Shown: one piece after another, positions 56,062 to 57,245 of the stretch
Numbering within the stretch: the first letter of the stretch is position 1
Layout: every line of letters begins with the position of its first letter
Virus record (IMG/VR): IMGVR_UViG_3300010376_000010
Coordinates: 1 to 57,245 of that record
Strand: one strand, 5' to 3'
From: a virus
Lineage: Duplodnaviria; Caudoviricetes
Length of the DNA stretch: 57,245 nucleotides
Program-made: the position numbers and the translations under genes
The notes under the pieces: generated by a model
The model's input: the letters and a program-made list of their open reading frames with translations, nothing else
What the model was told of the DNA's origin: nothing
The model's database searches: none

Positions 56062-56477
56062 GACATGTTGCCGTCCGAACCCTCTCGCTCGCGCTCCTGG
56101 CGCTTCTTCGCATAGGCGACGGTGAGTTCGTTCGCTTTCAGGAAGACCGGTGAGAGCCAGTCTGACGGGAACCCTTCGAGCACAGCGGCAACTTTCTCGG
56201 CCTGCACACGCTTGTTGCGGTCCTCCGCGAGTTTCGGTTCCACCAGCGCATAGGCGACATAGAGGCGGACGAACGCGTCGGAGTTGCGAGAGCCGTCGGC
56301 CATGCGCGCGTACTGCTGGCAATGCTCTTCCTCGCCTGCGGTCAGCATCGTCAGTTCGACGACGTGATCGTAGTCGGGCACTTCGTAACGGACGGGTGCA
56401 TAGCGCTCATTGATCTGGGCAAAGATCTGTTCCGGCGTACTGACGCCGTTCGGTAACACGGTTTTCGGTACTGCCAT
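56001..56477 (-). CDS. Tail assembly chaperone (gpG-like)
   Basis: ATG 56477 with GAGGGGGAAG RBS; between MTP and tape measure. Confidence 0.8.
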   Translation of the reverse strand: MAVPKTVLPNGVSTPEQIFAQINERYAPVRYEVPDYDHVVELTMLTAGEEEHCQQYARMADGSRNSDAFVRLYVAYALVEPKLAEDRNKRVQAEKVAAVLEGFPSDWLSPVFLKANELTVAYAKKRQEREREGSDGNMSFFPKRTSAPSSSGTDSGSS

Positions 56478-56490
56478 GCCTGCTTCCCCC

Positions 56491-56577
56491 TCGTGAACCG
56501 TTTGCGAAGACCGCATGGCTGCGCCAGCCCTTGAGGCTGTCTTCGCCCTGGCACGGCCCTCTGCAAACGGTTCACGA
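56491..56577 (-). repeat. Hairpin family A, copy 3 (long loop)
   Basis: Minus strand TCGTGAACCGTTTGC-AGAGGGCCGT...TGCGGTCTTC-GCAAACGGTTCACGA. Confidence 0.85.
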
Positions 56578-56715
56578 CCCGAGAGAATTGGCCGATGGTT
56601 CGCACCACGCGATAAGTCGCCCGGTGGGGGCGACTGAAGGTGCGGGGAAGGGGGAAGCATCGAGGCACGCGACTTGTCTCGCGCGACGCTCCCCACCGAC
56701 CGACTCTCTCTGCTG

Positions 56716-56781
56716 ATGGTTCTTCTCTATCGCACTGCCGCTGTCCTCCCGATCGCCTGTTGTGCGATAGAGGAGAACCAT
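56716..56781 (+). repeat. Hairpin family B, copy 2
   Basis: ATGGTTCTTCTCTATCGCAC...GTGCGATAGAGGAGAACCAT. Confidence 0.8.
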
Positions 56782-56788
56782 GAGTTGA

Positions 56789-57122
56789 TTAGAGATGCTC
56801 GACGATCATGGACGGCTGGGCCACGAGGGTGCCCGTGATCGTGCCGCCCACCATTCCGGCTGCGGGTGCCTGCATCGGGTTGGCCCCGATGTCGCCGTAG
56901 ATGATCCACATCCGGTTCTGGAGGAGGGATTCATAGAGGGCGAAGGTGAAATAGGACTGCTGCATCATCAGGTAGTACAAGTCCACCGATGTCTGCGATG
57001 AATAGCGGTCGAACTGCCACGTGCCCGCCATTTTGCCCCGGTACTGCGGCGTCATCAGCGTGCCGTATTCATCGCCGGGGATCGGGTTCGAGGTGAGATT
57101 GAGCTGCCAGTTGTTCACATGC
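56789..57122 (-). CDS. Major tail (tube) protein, 3' part
   Basis: In-frame continuation of 389->1; sequence NNWQLNLTS...YRGKMAGTWQF resembles a tail-tube beta fold; synteny. Confidence 0.8.
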
Positions 57123-57245
57123 AACAGGCCGTAGACATCGGTCGCGGTCGCGGTTGACAGCGAGCTGACATCGGCCGTGACCACGGCCGCAGGCGCGAGC
57201 GGCGTGAAGAAGATGATGTACTGACCGCCGGGGAAAAACCGGTAG
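57123..57245. repeat. Terminal direct repeat, right copy (circular assembly overlap)
   Basis: Identical to 1-123. Confidence 0.97.

Noticed and set aside
1-57245. Stop-codon reassignment, tRNA genes, integrase, DNA polymerase
   Set aside because: Core genes are intact in the standard code with TAG, TGA and TAA all used as stops; no cloverleaf, recombinase or polymerase motifs were recognised by eye

Overview
Complete, circularly assembled siphovirus-type (long non-contractile tail) dsDNA phage genome of about 57,122 bp. Bases 1-123 are repeated exactly at 57123-57245, and the major tail gene runs across the join. The minus strand carries the packaging, head and tail operon (terS, terL, portal, protease/scaffold, decoration protein, MCP, head-tail proteins, MTP, frameshifted tail chaperone, tape measure, distal tail, fibre and tip proteins), lysis genes, and a replication/recombination operon (13.8-22.5 kb). 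The plus strand carries a repressor-like gene, a second replication initiator and a long early accessory operon (24.2-37.5 kb). I found no integrase, DNA polymerase, DNA methyltransferase, tRNA or CRISPR array. Two protein motifs point to a Chloroflexota host (inference). The most striking unexplained features are: (1) a 2.4-3.7 kb island right upstream of terS, with a sharp left edge, that is nearly free of CCGG, TCGA and GATC (abundant elsewhere), encodes an HhH-type glycosylase-like protein and ends in a palindrome-rich non-coding tract, consistent with a first-injected anti-restriction leading region; (2) two dispersed families of covarying intergenic hairpins; (3) single genes bracketed by palindromic direct repeats; (4) three paralogues of an unknown HxVRGH protein and four ParB-fold proteins; (5) two separate initiator/origin-like modules; (6) an orphan Phd/YefM antitoxin. 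All motif counts were made by eye and need computational confirmation.
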